DNA of 64,000 nucleotides from Arthrobacter sp. GTDB taxonomy: Bacteria; Actinomycetota; Actinomycetes; Actinomycetales; Micrococcaceae. Position numbers and translations under genes: made by a program. Of this stretch, positions 8,578 through 17,663 are shown in pieces (position 1 is the first letter of the stretch; each line of letters opens with the position of its first letter). The stretch is taken from contig DATIUQ010000154.1 of assembly GCA_035466775.1 (NCBI GenBank), positions 1,092-65,091 on the forward strand, read 5' to 3'. The notes beneath the pieces were generated by a model, which did no database searches, was not told where the DNA came from, and saw only the letters and a list, made by a program, of their open reading frames with translations.

Positions 8578-9819
8578 ATGACGCCAGCTGACGATCCCGC
8601 CCCGCGAGAAAACCCCGGCGCGGCCTCCTCCGCCGCAAACAGCGCCTCTGCCGGTGCGTCCGCCGGCGTCCCGGCACAGGTGCGAATTGTCACGGACCGG
8701 GAAATCGACCAGGACATCCCGTACGGCGTCAGGATCGCCGCGTCCTGGTCCTGGCGCCTCGGACTCATCATTCTCGTGGCGGGTGCCCTCGTGTGGCTGC
8801 TCAGCAGGGTCAGCTTCCTGCTGATCCCCGTGATGGTTGCCGCGCTGCTGGCCGGGCTGCTGGCGCCGGTGAAGAACTGGCTGAAAAGGAACGGGGTCCC
8901 CAACGGGCTCGCGGTCGCGATGACCGTCGTCGGGTTCATCGGCCTGATCGGCGGCGCCCTGGCCCTGGTGGGGCGGCAGCTCGTCGCCGGCTTCGCCGAG
9001 CTGTGGAGCGAGGCGCTGACCGGGGTCCAGAAAATCCAGGTCTGGCTCGCCGACGGGCCGTTGCACCTCTCCGCGGCCCAGATCGACCAGTACCTCAAGG
9101 AGGGGACCGCGGCGCTGCAGAACAACAGCAGCAGCATCCTCAGCGGAGCACTCTCTTTCGGCAGCACCGCCGGGCACTTCGCCGCCGGAATGATCCTGGC
9201 CCTCTTCATCCTCATTTTCTTCCTGCTGGAAGGCGAACGCATCTGGTCCTTCCTCGTGCGGCTGCTGCCCCGGACGGCCCGCGCCGCCACCGACGGCGCC
9301 GGCCGGGTGGGCTGGTCCTCGATGGTGAGCTACGCCCGGATCCAGATGTTCGTCGCATTCGTGGACGCCGTCGGGATCGGGGTCGGCGCGGCAATCATCG
9401 GGGTGCCCCTGGCCCTGCCGCTGGGCGTGCTCGTGTTCCTGGGTTCCTTCATCCCGATCGTCGGCGCCCTCGTCACCGGCGCCGTCGCCGTCCTGCTGGC
9501 CCTGGTAGCCAACGGATGGGTCAACGCCCTGATCATGCTGGGGATCGTCCTGCTGGTCCAGCAATTGGAGAGCCACATCCTCCAGCCGCTGGTCATGGGC
9601 AAGGCCGTTTCCCTGCACCCGGTGGCCGTCATTCTGGCCGTCGCCGCCGGTTCCTACCTCGCCGGAATTCCCGGAGCCCTGTTCTCCGTTCCCATCCTCG
9701 CCGTAGCAAACTCGTCGATTCGCTACATTGCCGGCAGAACGTGGGAACATGAAAGTGCGCTGGCAACCACGGGCCGCCAGGACACCCTGGATCCTGCGTC
9801 CGGCGCCGAAAACCCGTGA
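8578..9819 (+). CDS. AI-2E (PerM/UPF0118) family transporter
   Basis: Multiple TM helices, FIPIVGA and QQLESHILQPLVMGKAVSLHP motifs; start uncertain. Confidence 0.85.
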   Translation: MTPADDPAPRENPGAASSAANSASAGASAGVPAQVRIVTDREIDQDIPYGVRIAASWSWRLGLIILVAGALVWLLSRVSFLLIPVMVAALLAGLLAPVKNWLKRNGVPNGLAVAMTVVGFIGLIGGALALVGRQLVAGFAELWSEALTGVQKIQVWLADGPLHLSAAQIDQYLKEGTAALQNNSSSILSGALSFGSTAGHFAAGMILALFILIFFLLEGERIWSFLVRLLPRTARAATDGAGRVGWSSMVSYARIQMFVAFVDAVGIGVGAAIIGVPLALPLGVLVFLGSFIPIVGALVTGAVAVLLALVANGWVNALIMLGIVLLVQQLESHILQPLVMGKAVSLHPVAVILAVAAGSYLAGIPGALFSVPILAVANSSIRYIAGRTWEHESALATTGRQDTLDPASGAENP

Positions 9820-9953
9820 GGGGGGCCCGCCTGCCGGGCGCAACCTCCGGCCGAAGCGATGGTGCCGCACCCGACAACGGTTCCCCAGGCAGCGATGCCG
9901 GACGGGGCACCTGAGCCGGATCCACACCCTGATCCGAAGAAGGAGACTAGTTC

Positions 9954-11192
9954 GTGAATACCTTTGAGAGCCTGCCCGTCACGCTGGACGATGTCCTGGA
10001 GGCGCAGAAGCTGCTCGACGGGATTATTACGCGGACGCCGGTTGAATCCTCCCGGGCCCTGGGCAGCATGGTCGGTGGCGAAGTCTTCCTCAAATGCGAG
10101 AACCTGCAGCGGGCCGGATCCTTCAAGGTCCGCGGCGCCTACGTCCGCATGGCCAAACTCTCCCCGGAGGAGAAGAAACGGGGAGTTGTGGCGGCCTCCG
10201 CCGGCAACCACGCCCAGGGTGTGGCCGTCGCTGCCAAGAGCCTGGGCATCAAAGCCCGCATCTACATGCCGCTGGGCGTCGCCCTGCCCAAACTCGCCGC
10301 CACCCGCAGCCACGGGGCCGAGGTGGTCCTGCACGGCCACAACGTCGATGAGGCGCTCGCCGAAGCGAAGCGCTACGCGGACGAGACCGGCGCCGTCTTC
10401 GTGCACCCCTTCGACGACGTCGACGTCGTCGCCGGCCAGGGCACCGTGGGACTGGAGATCCTGGAACAGGTCCCTTACGTCGACACCATCCTGATGGGTG
10501 TCGGCGGTGGCGGGCTCCTCGCCGGCGTCGCCGTGGCCGTGAAGGCCCGGGCCAAGGAACTGGGCCGGGAGATCCGGATCATCGGCGTCCAGGCCGAAAA
10601 CGCCGCCGCCTACCCGCCCTCACTTGCCGCGGACGCCCTGGTCCCGCTCAAACGCGTCTCCACCATGGCGGACGGCATCGCCGTCGGCCGGCCCGGCCAG
10701 CTGCCTTTCAGCATCATCCGGGAACTGGTCGACGACGTCGTCACGGTCAGCGAGGACGCCCTGGCGAGGGCGCTCATTTTCCTGCTGGAACGCGCCAAGA
10801 TGGTCGTTGAGCCTGCCGGGGCGGTGGGCGTCGCGGCGCTGATGGAAGGCAAGATCGAGAACCCGGGCACCGTCGCCGTGGTGCTCTCCGGCGGCAACAT
10901 CGACCCGATGCTGATGCTCAAAGTCATCCAGCGCGGCCTCTCCGCCGCGGGCAGGTACATGACCGTGCGCATGATGCTGGACGACCGGCCCGGCTCGCTG
11001 GCGACCATCGCCCGGATCATCGCCGAGAACGACGCCAACGTGACAGGGCTGGACCACACACGGGTGGGGGGCTCTATCAGCATGGGGGACGTGTCCATTA
11101 CGGTGAACCTGGAGACCAAGGGCCACGAACACTGCGAGAAGGTCCTCGCGGCGCTCCGGGCCGAAGGCTTCCAGCCGATCGTGGTGCATTAA
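9954..11192 (+). CDS. ilvA: Threonine ammonia-lyase with C-terminal ACT domain
   Basis: SFKVRGA (PLP Lys), ASAGNHAQG, GGGGLL and SGGNID motifs; AAGGAG SD before GTG. Confidence 0.92.
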   Translation: MNTFESLPVTLDDVLEAQKLLDGIITRTPVESSRALGSMVGGEVFLKCENLQRAGSFKVRGAYVRMAKLSPEEKKRGVVAASAGNHAQGVAVAAKSLGIKARIYMPLGVALPKLAATRSHGAEVVLHGHNVDEALAEAKRYADETGAVFVHPFDDVDVVAGQGTVGLEILEQVPYVDTILMGVGGGGLLAGVAVAVKARAKELGREIRIIGVQAENAAAYPPSLAADALVPLKRVSTMADGIAVGRPGQLPFSIIRELVDDVVTVSEDALARALIFLLERAKMVVEPAGAVGVAALMEGKIENPGTVAVVLSGGNIDPMLMLKVIQRGLSAAGRYMTVRMMLDDRPGSLATIARIIAENDANVTGLDHTRVGGSISMGDVSITVNLETKGHEHCEKVLAALRAEGFQPIVVH

Positions 11193-11201
11193 GGGGACCT
11201 A

Positions 11202-11825
11202 ATGCTCGATCCGACCCGTAACGGCAGGCCGCGCGCCGTCGATACCGCCGCGGTGCGCGCCCGCAAGGGACTGCTGGTGGTCGGATCGTTCGTCCTGGTC
11301 CTGTATGTCATTGAGATCATCAACGCCCTTATGCTCCGTTCGCTCAACGGCACATTCGGGCTGCGCCCACGCAGCCTCGACGGGCTCCTGGACATCCTGA
11401 CGTTCCCGCTGCTGCACGCCAACCTGGCGCACCTGTTCTCCAACACGCTGCCGCTGGTCATCTTCGGCTTCCTGGTGCTGCTGTCCGGGCGGAGGGTGTT
11501 CTTCACCACCTTGGCCCTGAGCTGGCTGGTCTCCGGGGCCGTCGTGTGGCTGATCGGCGGCTTCAACGTCACGGTCGGGGCGTCCGGCCTGGTCTTCGGC
11601 CTCTTCGCGTTCCTGCTGGTGCGCGGCTTCTTTAACCGCAACTGGTGGCAGATCCTGCTCTCGGTGGTGCTGTTCCTGACGTACGGCGGGATCCTGTTCG
11701 GCATCCTGCCCACGGTCGCGGGCTACGTGTCCTGGCAGGCGCACCTCGGCGGGGCCATCGGCGGGGTGATTGCGGCCCTCCTCCTGAGCGCGCCGCGGGC
11801 CGGAATGTTGCGGACCGGGCAGTAA
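11202..11825 (+). CDS. Rhomboid family intramembrane serine protease
   Basis: HLFSN, GASG (catalytic Ser) and AHLGG (catalytic His). Confidence 0.88.
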   Translation: MLDPTRNGRPRAVDTAAVRARKGLLVVGSFVLVLYVIEIINALMLRSLNGTFGLRPRSLDGLLDILTFPLLHANLAHLFSNTLPLVIFGFLVLLSGRRVFFTTLALSWLVSGAVVWLIGGFNVTVGASGLVFGLFAFLLVRGFFNRNWWQILLSVVLFLTYGGILFGILPTVAGYVSWQAHLGGAIGGVIAALLLSAPRAGMLRTGQ

Positions 11826-11858
11826 AGCACCGGGCAGTAAGGCACCCGGCAGGAGGGC
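11814..11858 (+). repeat. 3 x 15-bp degenerate tandem repeat ACCGGGCAGTAAAGC
   Basis: Copies at 11814, 11829 and 11844; the first contains the rhomboid stop codon. Confidence 0.75.
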
Positions 11859-11880
11859 CGCGCGGCGCCGGCAGCAGTGC

Positions 11881-12543
11881 TCAGACGACTCGGTCGCGCC
11901 GGGCGAAGGCCAGGTGGATGACCCCGCTGGGTGAGGGCGCTGCCTCGATGTGGAAGCGTTGCTCGAGTCCTTCGAGGGAGTCCCAGAGCCGTTCGCCGCG
12001 GCCGAGAAATATCGGGACAAGAACGATGTGCATCTGGTCGATCAGGTCGGCCTCGAGGAACCGGCGGACGGTGGAGACGCCGCCGCCGATGCGCACGTCG
12101 AGGTCGCCGGCGAGGGCCCGTGCCTGCTCAAGCGCCTCTGCGGGTTCGGCATCCACGAAGTGGAAGGTGGTGCCGCCGTTCATGGCCAGCGGCGGACGTG
12201 GGTGGTGGGTGAGGACGATCACCGGCGTGTGGAAGGGCGGGTTGTCGCCCCACCAGCCTTGCCACTCCTCGTCGGCCCACGGGCCGCGCTGGGGCCCGAA
12301 CTTGTTGCGGCCCATGATCTCCACGCCGATGCCGGAGGCCCACCGGCTTGCGAAGATTTCGTCGATTCCGTTGGAGCCCTCCTCCTCGCCATGAAAGCCC
12401 AACTGCTGGAAAGTGCGCGTCGGGATGGCCCACTCGAGCAAGCGCGTCCCGGCGTGCCCGAAGGGAGCGTCGAGCTGTTGCCCCTCACCTGTACCGAATC
12501 CGTCGACCGAGACGGAGAAGTTGTGAACGCGAACGAGTGACAT
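11881..12543 (-). CDS. Dihydrofolate reductase-like (RibD C-terminal domain) protein
   Basis: FSVSVDGFG, IMGRNKF, VRIGGG and LVPIFLGRGERL motifs; AAGGAG SD. Confidence 0.85.
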   Translation of the reverse strand: MSLVRVHNFSVSVDGFGTGEGQQLDAPFGHAGTRLLEWAIPTRTFQQLGFHGEEEGSNGIDEIFASRWASGIGVEIMGRNKFGPQRGPWADEEWQGWWGDNPPFHTPVIVLTHHPRPPLAMNGGTTFHFVDAEPAEALEQARALAGDLDVRIGGGVSTVRRFLEADLIDQMHIVLVPIFLGRGERLWDSLEGLEQRFHIEAAPSPSGVIHLAFARRDRVV

Positions 12544-12720
12544 GGGGCTCCTTGCTCGTGGCCGCGGGTCGGAGGGCGCCGCGCAGAACGGTCAGCCGCG
12601 ACCGCTGGCAGTCTGCAATCACTGCGACGACCGTAGCCCAGGCCGCGGGAACCTGCAAGCAATTCGGGGAGGTGCAAAGCACCGCCAAAAAGCTCCGAGA
12701 TCCACGCTGCGACACAAAGA

Positions 12721-12759
12721 ACGACGCCGGCCCTCCCGCAAGGGGAGGTCCGGCGTCGT
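12721..12759 (-). terminator. Intrinsic terminator downstream of greA
   Basis: ACGACGCCGG..CTCCC-GCAA-GGGGAG..CCGGCGTCGT hairpin followed by a T-rich tract on the minus strand. Confidence 0.7.
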
Positions 12760-12786
12760 GCGGTTGCGCTGCAGTGAGCGGAAGGA

Positions 12787-13281
12787 CTAGCCGGCGTACG
12801 GCTTGGCGGACATGATCTCCACCGTGATGTCCTTGCCGTTCGGGGCGGTGTAGCTGAGCTTGTCGCCCTCCTTGTGGCCGACGATGGCAGCACCCAGCGG
12901 TGACTTCTCACTGAAGACATCGAGATCCGAGTCGCCGGCGATTTCGCGGGAGCCGAGCAGGAAAGTTTCCTCATCGCCGGCGATCTTGGCGACGACGATC
13001 ATCCCGGGTTCGACAATTCCGTCGTCGGCCGGTGACTCGCCCACGTGGGCGTCCCGGAGCAGCGCAGTCAGCTGGCGGATGCGGGCTTCGATCTTGCCCT
13101 GTTCCTCTTTGGCTGCGTGGTAGCCGCCGTTCTCCTTGAGGTCGCCTTCCTGGCGCGCGGCCTCGATCTTCTGGACGATTTCCGCCCGGCCGGGGCCGGA
13201 GAGGTGGTCCAGCTCTGCCTTCAGGCGGTCAAAAGCTTCCTGGGTAAGCCAAGCTGCAGTTGCGCTGTTGGTGGTAGACAC
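12787..13281 (-). CDS. greA: Transcription elongation factor GreA
   Basis: GDLKENGGYHAAKEEQG and SEKSPLGAAI motifs; AAGGAG SD before GTG 13281. Confidence 0.95.
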   Translation of the reverse strand: MSTTNSATAAWLTQEAFDRLKAELDHLSGPGRAEIVQKIEAARQEGDLKENGGYHAAKEEQGKIEARIRQLTALLRDAHVGESPADDGIVEPGMIVVAKIAGDEETFLLGSREIAGDSDLDVFSEKSPLGAAIVGHKEGDKLSYTAPNGKDITVEIMSAKPYAG

Positions 13282-13376
13282 GGACTTCTCCTTTATGGTC
13301 AAACAAGCAAAGACCCCGCCACGGTGGCCACTTTTGGGACTCAGCAACCAGCTCAGCGGGGGAAAGGTATTGGTCC

Positions 13377-13425
13377 ATTGTAGTCAATCCTGTGGATAAA
13401 CCAAAGAACCCTGCGGTGTGGATCA
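13377..13425 (-). promoter_or_regulatory. greA promoter (-10 TACAAT) with a perfect DnaA box TTATCCACA and a 1-mismatch box TGATCCACA
   Basis: Plus strand: attgta 13377-13382, tgtggataa 13391-13399, tgtggatca 13417-13425. Confidence 0.5.
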
Positions 13426-13486
13426 CACCGTGTTACTGCCGCCCGGCGGACACCTTGCCGACTCCGGCCGGCCCACCGCCGCGACG

Positions 13487-13945
13487 CTATTTGCCGGCGT
13501 CGGGAATCCAGCAGCTGTCGACGACGCCGGACACGGCCTGGGATTCGGTGCGGACGGTCGCCCGGTGGGCAGTGGTGCGCCCGCCGTCGGAGCCGGCGTC
13601 GGCGGCGTTGGAGGGGATATCGACGACCTTCCAGCCGACGACGGCGAACTTGGAATCCAGCGCTTTGACCGAACACTTGGCCGCGGTGGCCGGTTCCTTG
13701 GTGACTTGAAAATCGATTTCGGCCAAGGTGGCATCCGGAGTGCTGTAGCCGATGTCTTTGAAAGTGACGCTCCCCGTCGCGTTCGACGTCGAGATCCAGG
13801 CCATAAAGGCCATTCCGGCCGCGAGGGCGACGACCAGGATGATGCGTTTGGCTTTGCCGCTCAGCGTTCGCTTTTGGCCGCCGTAACGATTGGCTAGGCT
13901 GGGAGATGCCGGGGCGGGCGCGGCAGGCTGATCCTTGGAAGTCAC
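13487..13945 (-). CDS. DUF4307-like membrane-anchored protein
   Basis: One TM helix, C-x-VKALD..FAVVG pattern; sits between greA and mca as in other actinobacteria; TAAACT-N6-GTG. Confidence 0.7.
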   Translation of the reverse strand: MTSKDQPAAPAPASPSLANRYGGQKRTLSGKAKRIILVVALAAGMAFMAWISTSNATGSVTFKDIGYSTPDATLAEIDFQVTKEPATAAKCSVKALDSKFAVVGWKVVDIPSNAADAGSDGGRTTAHRATVRTESQAVSGVVDSCWIPDAGK

Positions 13946-14029
13946 CAGTCCAGTTTAGTGTGGATCGGGAGGGGGTGCCCGCCGCGCCGCCGGCCGGGGC
14001 CGATACACCCGCCTGAGATCCGCATCAGT

Positions 14030-14065
14030 AGATGTAAACCACAGATGAAAACCACAGATGAAAGA
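14030..14065 (+). repeat. 13-bp period repeat AGATG(T/A)AAACCAC, 2.7 copies
   Basis: Copies at 14030, 14043 and 14056 (partial), abutting the mca SD. Confidence 0.8.
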
Positions 14066-14079
14066 GGAGCCGTCCCACG

Positions 14080-14985
14080 ATGACAGCGTCCACCAGCCCG
14101 TCAGCGCCGCTTCGACTGTTGGCTGTCCATGCTCATCCCGACGACGAATCCAGCAAGGGCGCCGCAACGATGGCCAGCTACGCCGCTGCCGGCGTCGAGG
14201 TCCTGGTGGCCACGTGCACGGACGGCTCCCGCGGCGACATCCAGAACCCGGCGGTGGAGGGCCTGCCGCACCCCAAACGCGACATGGCCGGCGCGCGCAG
14301 GCTGGAGATGGAGCACGCCGCCAAGGTCCTCGGCGTCCGCCAGCAGTGGCTCGGCTTTGTCGACTCGGGGCTGCCGGAAGGCGATCCGCTGCCGCCGTTG
14401 CCGGCCGGCTCCTTCGCAACACTGCCGCTGGAACGGGCGGCCGCCCCGCTGGTCCGGCTGGTCCGGCGCTTCAAGCCCCAGGTCATCCTGAGCTACGACG
14501 AGAACGGCGGCTATCCGCACCCGGACCACATCATGGCCCACCGCGTCGCCGTGGAGGCCTTCGAAGCCGCCGGGGACCCGGCCCGCTATCCGGGCACCGG
14601 CGATGCCTGGGCGCCGAGCAAGCTGTATTACGACCGCGCCTTCAGCCCCGAACGGTTCCGTGCCCTGCATTTTGCCCTGGAGGAATCGGGCCTGCAGTCG
14701 CCCTACGCCGAACGGCTCGCCGCCTGGCTGGAAGCCGACGCTGAAGGCCACACCCCGCCGGCGCCGACCCACCCGACCACCACCCAGATCGAATGCGGTG
14801 ATTTCTTCGAGGCACGCGATGACGCGCTGCGGGCGCACCGCACCCAGGTGGACCCCGAGGGCTTCTTCTTCGCCGTCTCGCCGGCGATGCAGCGGCGTGT
14901 GTGGCCGTGGGAGGACTATTCGCTGATCCAGTCCCGGGTTCCTTCGGAGCTGCCGGAAAAGGACTTCTTCGCCGGGCTAAGATAG
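14080..14985 (+). CDS. mca: Mycothiol S-conjugate amidase
   Basis: VHAHPDDESSKG and GGYPHPDH (PIG-L/LmbE metal ligands); next to greA. Confidence 0.92.
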   Translation: MTASTSPSAPLRLLAVHAHPDDESSKGAATMASYAAAGVEVLVATCTDGSRGDIQNPAVEGLPHPKRDMAGARRLEMEHAAKVLGVRQQWLGFVDSGLPEGDPLPPLPAGSFATLPLERAAAPLVRLVRRFKPQVILSYDENGGYPHPDHIMAHRVAVEAFEAAGDPARYPGTGDAWAPSKLYYDRAFSPERFRALHFALEESGLQSPYAERLAAWLEADAEGHTPPAPTHPTTTQIECGDFFEARDDALRAHRTQVDPEGFFFAVSPAMQRRVWPWEDYSLIQSRVPSELPEKDFFAGLR

Positions 14986-15094
14986 ACCCAAAGCCATTTC
15001 TATGACGCGTAGAAGACGTTGTGGAAACAGTTCAGCGCAGCTCCGCGGCCAGCCCCCGTGGGGCCGCCATCCAGCCCCATAGAAGGTCCTTACC

Positions 15095-15427
15095 GTGCAT
15101 TCCTTGCTTATCGCCCTGGCAACCACCCCGGCGCCCGCCCCGTCGCCGTCGCTGCGCGAGGGACTGTCCCAGGACCAAGTGACGCCCGGCCTGCTGGGCT
15201 TCCTGCTGACCGCGTTCATCGTGGTGCTGACGGCCCTCCTGATCGTCGACATGGTGCGCCGCATCCGCCGCGTCCGCTACCGTGCCCAGGTGGAGGAGGA
15301 ACGCGCGGCCGCCGCCGAGGCTTCGGTCAACGACGGCGCCCCGCAGACCACCGGTGCCGGGGATCCCGCGGGCCAGGCCGGCAACCGTCCCGAAGCCAAC
15401 GGTGATGCAGGGCCCGGAAGCCGCTGA
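15095..15427 (+). CDS. Small single-TM hypothetical protein
   Basis: VTPGLLGF..TM..DMVRRIRRVRYR; lies between mca and the yyaL-like gene. Confidence 0.65.
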   Translation: MHSLLIALATTPAPAPSPSLREGLSQDQVTPGLLGFLLTAFIVVLTALLIVDMVRRIRRVRYRAQVEEERAAAAEASVNDGAPQTTGAGDPAGQAGNRPEANGDAGPGSR

Positions 15428-17594
15428 CAGCGGCACGTCTCCGCACGTTCCCGGGTCCGCCAACGCCCTGGGCGGAGAACCCTCCGCCTACCTCCGGCAG
15501 CACGCCGGAAACCCCGTCCACTGGCGGCCATTCGGTGCCGAGGCATTCGCGTCCGCCACGGCCCGCGACGTGCCCGTATTCCTCTCGATCGGCTACGCCG
15601 CGTGCCACTGGTGCCACGTCATGGCCCATGAATCCTTCGAGGACCAGGACACCGCGGACTTCCTGAACGCCAACTTCGTGGCCGTAAAGGTGGACCGTGA
15701 GGAGCGCCCCGACGTCGACTCCGCCTACATGGCCGCGACCCAGGCGCTCAGCGGCGAAGGCGGCTGGCCCATGTCCGTCTTCCTGCTGCCCGACGGACGG
15801 GCCTTTCACGCCGGCACCTACTATCCGCCCCGGCCGCTGCCGGGCAGGCCTTCCTTCCGCCAGGTGCTCGAGGCCGTGGTCGACGCGTGGCGGGAGCGCC
15901 GCGACGCCGTGGAACAGAACGCCGACACCCTGACCCGCGGCCTCGCCGCTGCGCAGCCCGGCGCCGCCGTTCACCTGGACAGCGTGCCGGAACCGCTCGA
16001 CCCGTCGCTGCCCGGGGAAGCCGTGTACGCGCTGGCAACCGCTGAGGACACTGCGTATGGCGGCTTCGGCGGTGCCCCGAAGTTCCCGCCGTCGGCCGTC
16101 CTGGAATTCCTGATCCGGCACGCTGCGGTTCCCTCACCGGGGGACGCCGGGACGCCGGCGCTGGCCCGCGACCTGGCGGGCCGGACACTCGCGGCGATGG
16201 CCCGCTCGGCCCTGTTCGACCAGCTCGACGGCGGTTTCGCCCGCTATTCCGTGACCCGCGACTGGTCGGTGCCACACTTCGAGAAAATGCTGTACGACAA
16301 CGCCCAGCTGCTGCGCGTCTACGTCCATTGGGTCCGGCTGGGCGGCACGTCCGGGTTCCCTGCCGCTGAGGCAGCCGACGTCGCCGGCCGCACCGCCGGC
16401 TGGCTGCTCGCAGCGCTGGGCCTGGGAACTTCCGACGCCGGGAACGGGCAGCTGCCCGAGGCACTGGCATCGTCGCTCGACGCCGATACTGTCGTGGACG
16501 GCGTCCCCGCGGAGGGTGCCAGCTACCTGTGGACGCCGGCAGCCCTCGCGTCCGTGCTGGGACCCGCCGATGGTGCCGCCGTCGCCCGCCTGATGAACGT
16601 CCGCCCCCGCGGCACCGTGTCCGCGGACGGCTCCCCGCTGCACCCGGGCCGGGCGCTCAGCGCCGGCGAAGCGGAACTGTGGCTGCGGGTCCGGCCGGTG
16701 CTCCTCGCCGCGCGCACGCTGCGGCCGCAGCCTGCCCGGGACGACAAGGTGGTGGCCGGCTGGAACGGCCTGGCTGTCGCCGCCCTGGCCGAGGCCGGCG
16801 CGGTCCTGGGCCAGCCCCGGCTCGTGGCCGCGGCCGGGCGCATCGCGGAATACCTCGCGCGGGTGCACTGGAGGCCCGGTGCCGGCGGCGGCCCCGGCAC
16901 GCTGATGCGGGTCTCCCACGACGGCGTGGCCCGGGGGATCGGCGGGCTCCTGGAGGACTATGCCTTCTGCGCCGAGGGCCTGATCGCGCTCTACGCCGCC
17001 TCCGGCCTGACCCGCTGGTACCGGCTCGCAGAGGACGTCCTGGCGGCGGCCTGCGCGCGGTTCGCCGCGGACGGCGCGCTCCGCGACACCACGGGGGAGT
17101 CGGAACAGGTTGCCAACGCCCAGGGCGGGCAGGCGTCGCTGGATCCGTTCGACAACGCCACACCCAGCGGAGCGGCCGCCTTCGCCGGGGCGCTGCTGTC
17201 CTGCGCGGCCCTGTCCGGATCACACGACTACCGCGCCCTCGCCGGCAACATCCTCGCCCTGCTGCCACCGCTGGCCACCCGCGCGCCGCGGGCGGCAGGC
17301 TGGCTCCTAGCGACGGCGCAGGCCGCACTCGCGGGCCCGGTGGAGGCCGCCGTCGTCGGGCCCGACACGCCGGAGCGGGCGGCGCTGCACCACGAGCTGC
17401 TGCGCTCTCCGAGCCCCGGGCTGGTGATCGCCGTGCAGCCGGATGCGGACGAGCAGGGCCCGCCCCTGCTGCACGGCCGGGACGCGGCCCCGGACGGCTC
17501 GCCGCTGGTCTTCCTGTGCCGCGGGATGGTCTGCGGGCTTCCCGTGGGTTCCGCCGCTGAGGTGCGGGAGCGCCTCCGTGGCATGGCGGGATGA
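15405..17594 (+). CDS. YyaL/DUF255-type thioredoxin-domain plus (alpha/alpha)6 barrel protein
   Basis: SAYLRQHAGNPVHW, CHWCH, KVDREERPDVD, PHFEKMLYDNAQL and RDDKVVAGWNGL motifs; start approximate. Confidence 0.85.
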   Translation: MQGPEAADSGTSPHVPGSANALGGEPSAYLRQHAGNPVHWRPFGAEAFASATARDVPVFLSIGYAACHWCHVMAHESFEDQDTADFLNANFVAVKVDREERPDVDSAYMAATQALSGEGGWPMSVFLLPDGRAFHAGTYYPPRPLPGRPSFRQVLEAVVDAWRERRDAVEQNADTLTRGLAAAQPGAAVHLDSVPEPLDPSLPGEAVYALATAEDTAYGGFGGAPKFPPSAVLEFLIRHAAVPSPGDAGTPALARDLAGRTLAAMARSALFDQLDGGFARYSVTRDWSVPHFEKMLYDNAQLLRVYVHWVRLGGTSGFPAAEAADVAGRTAGWLLAALGLGTSDAGNGQLPEALASSLDADTVVDGVPAEGASYLWTPAALASVLGPADGAAVARLMNVRPRGTVSADGSPLHPGRALSAGEAELWLRVRPVLLAARTLRPQPARDDKVVAGWNGLAVAALAEAGAVLGQPRLVAAAGRIAEYLARVHWRPGAGGGPGTLMRVSHDGVARGIGGLLEDYAFCAEGLIALYAASGLTRWYRLAEDVLAAACARFAADGALRDTTGESEQVANAQGGQASLDPFDNATPSGAAAFAGALLSCAALSGSHDYRALAGNILALLPPLATRAPRAAGWLLATAQAALAGPVEAAVVGPDTPERAALHHELLRSPSPGLVIAVQPDADEQGPPLLHGRDAAPDGSPLVFLCRGMVCGLPVGSAAEVRERLRGMAG

Positions 17595-17663
17595 ACGGGG
17601 CGACCGGGCCCGCGCACGCACCGACGGGCCGCAATGAAGGACGGTTCAGTCAGGTCGAAGTCA

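Noticed and set aside
7462-9927. Long antisense and alternate-frame ORFs (also 40192-43224, 20989-22518, 53224-55353, 58832-60928 and others)
   Set aside because: Shadow ORFs of well-supported genes, expected at high GC3; no recognisable motifs
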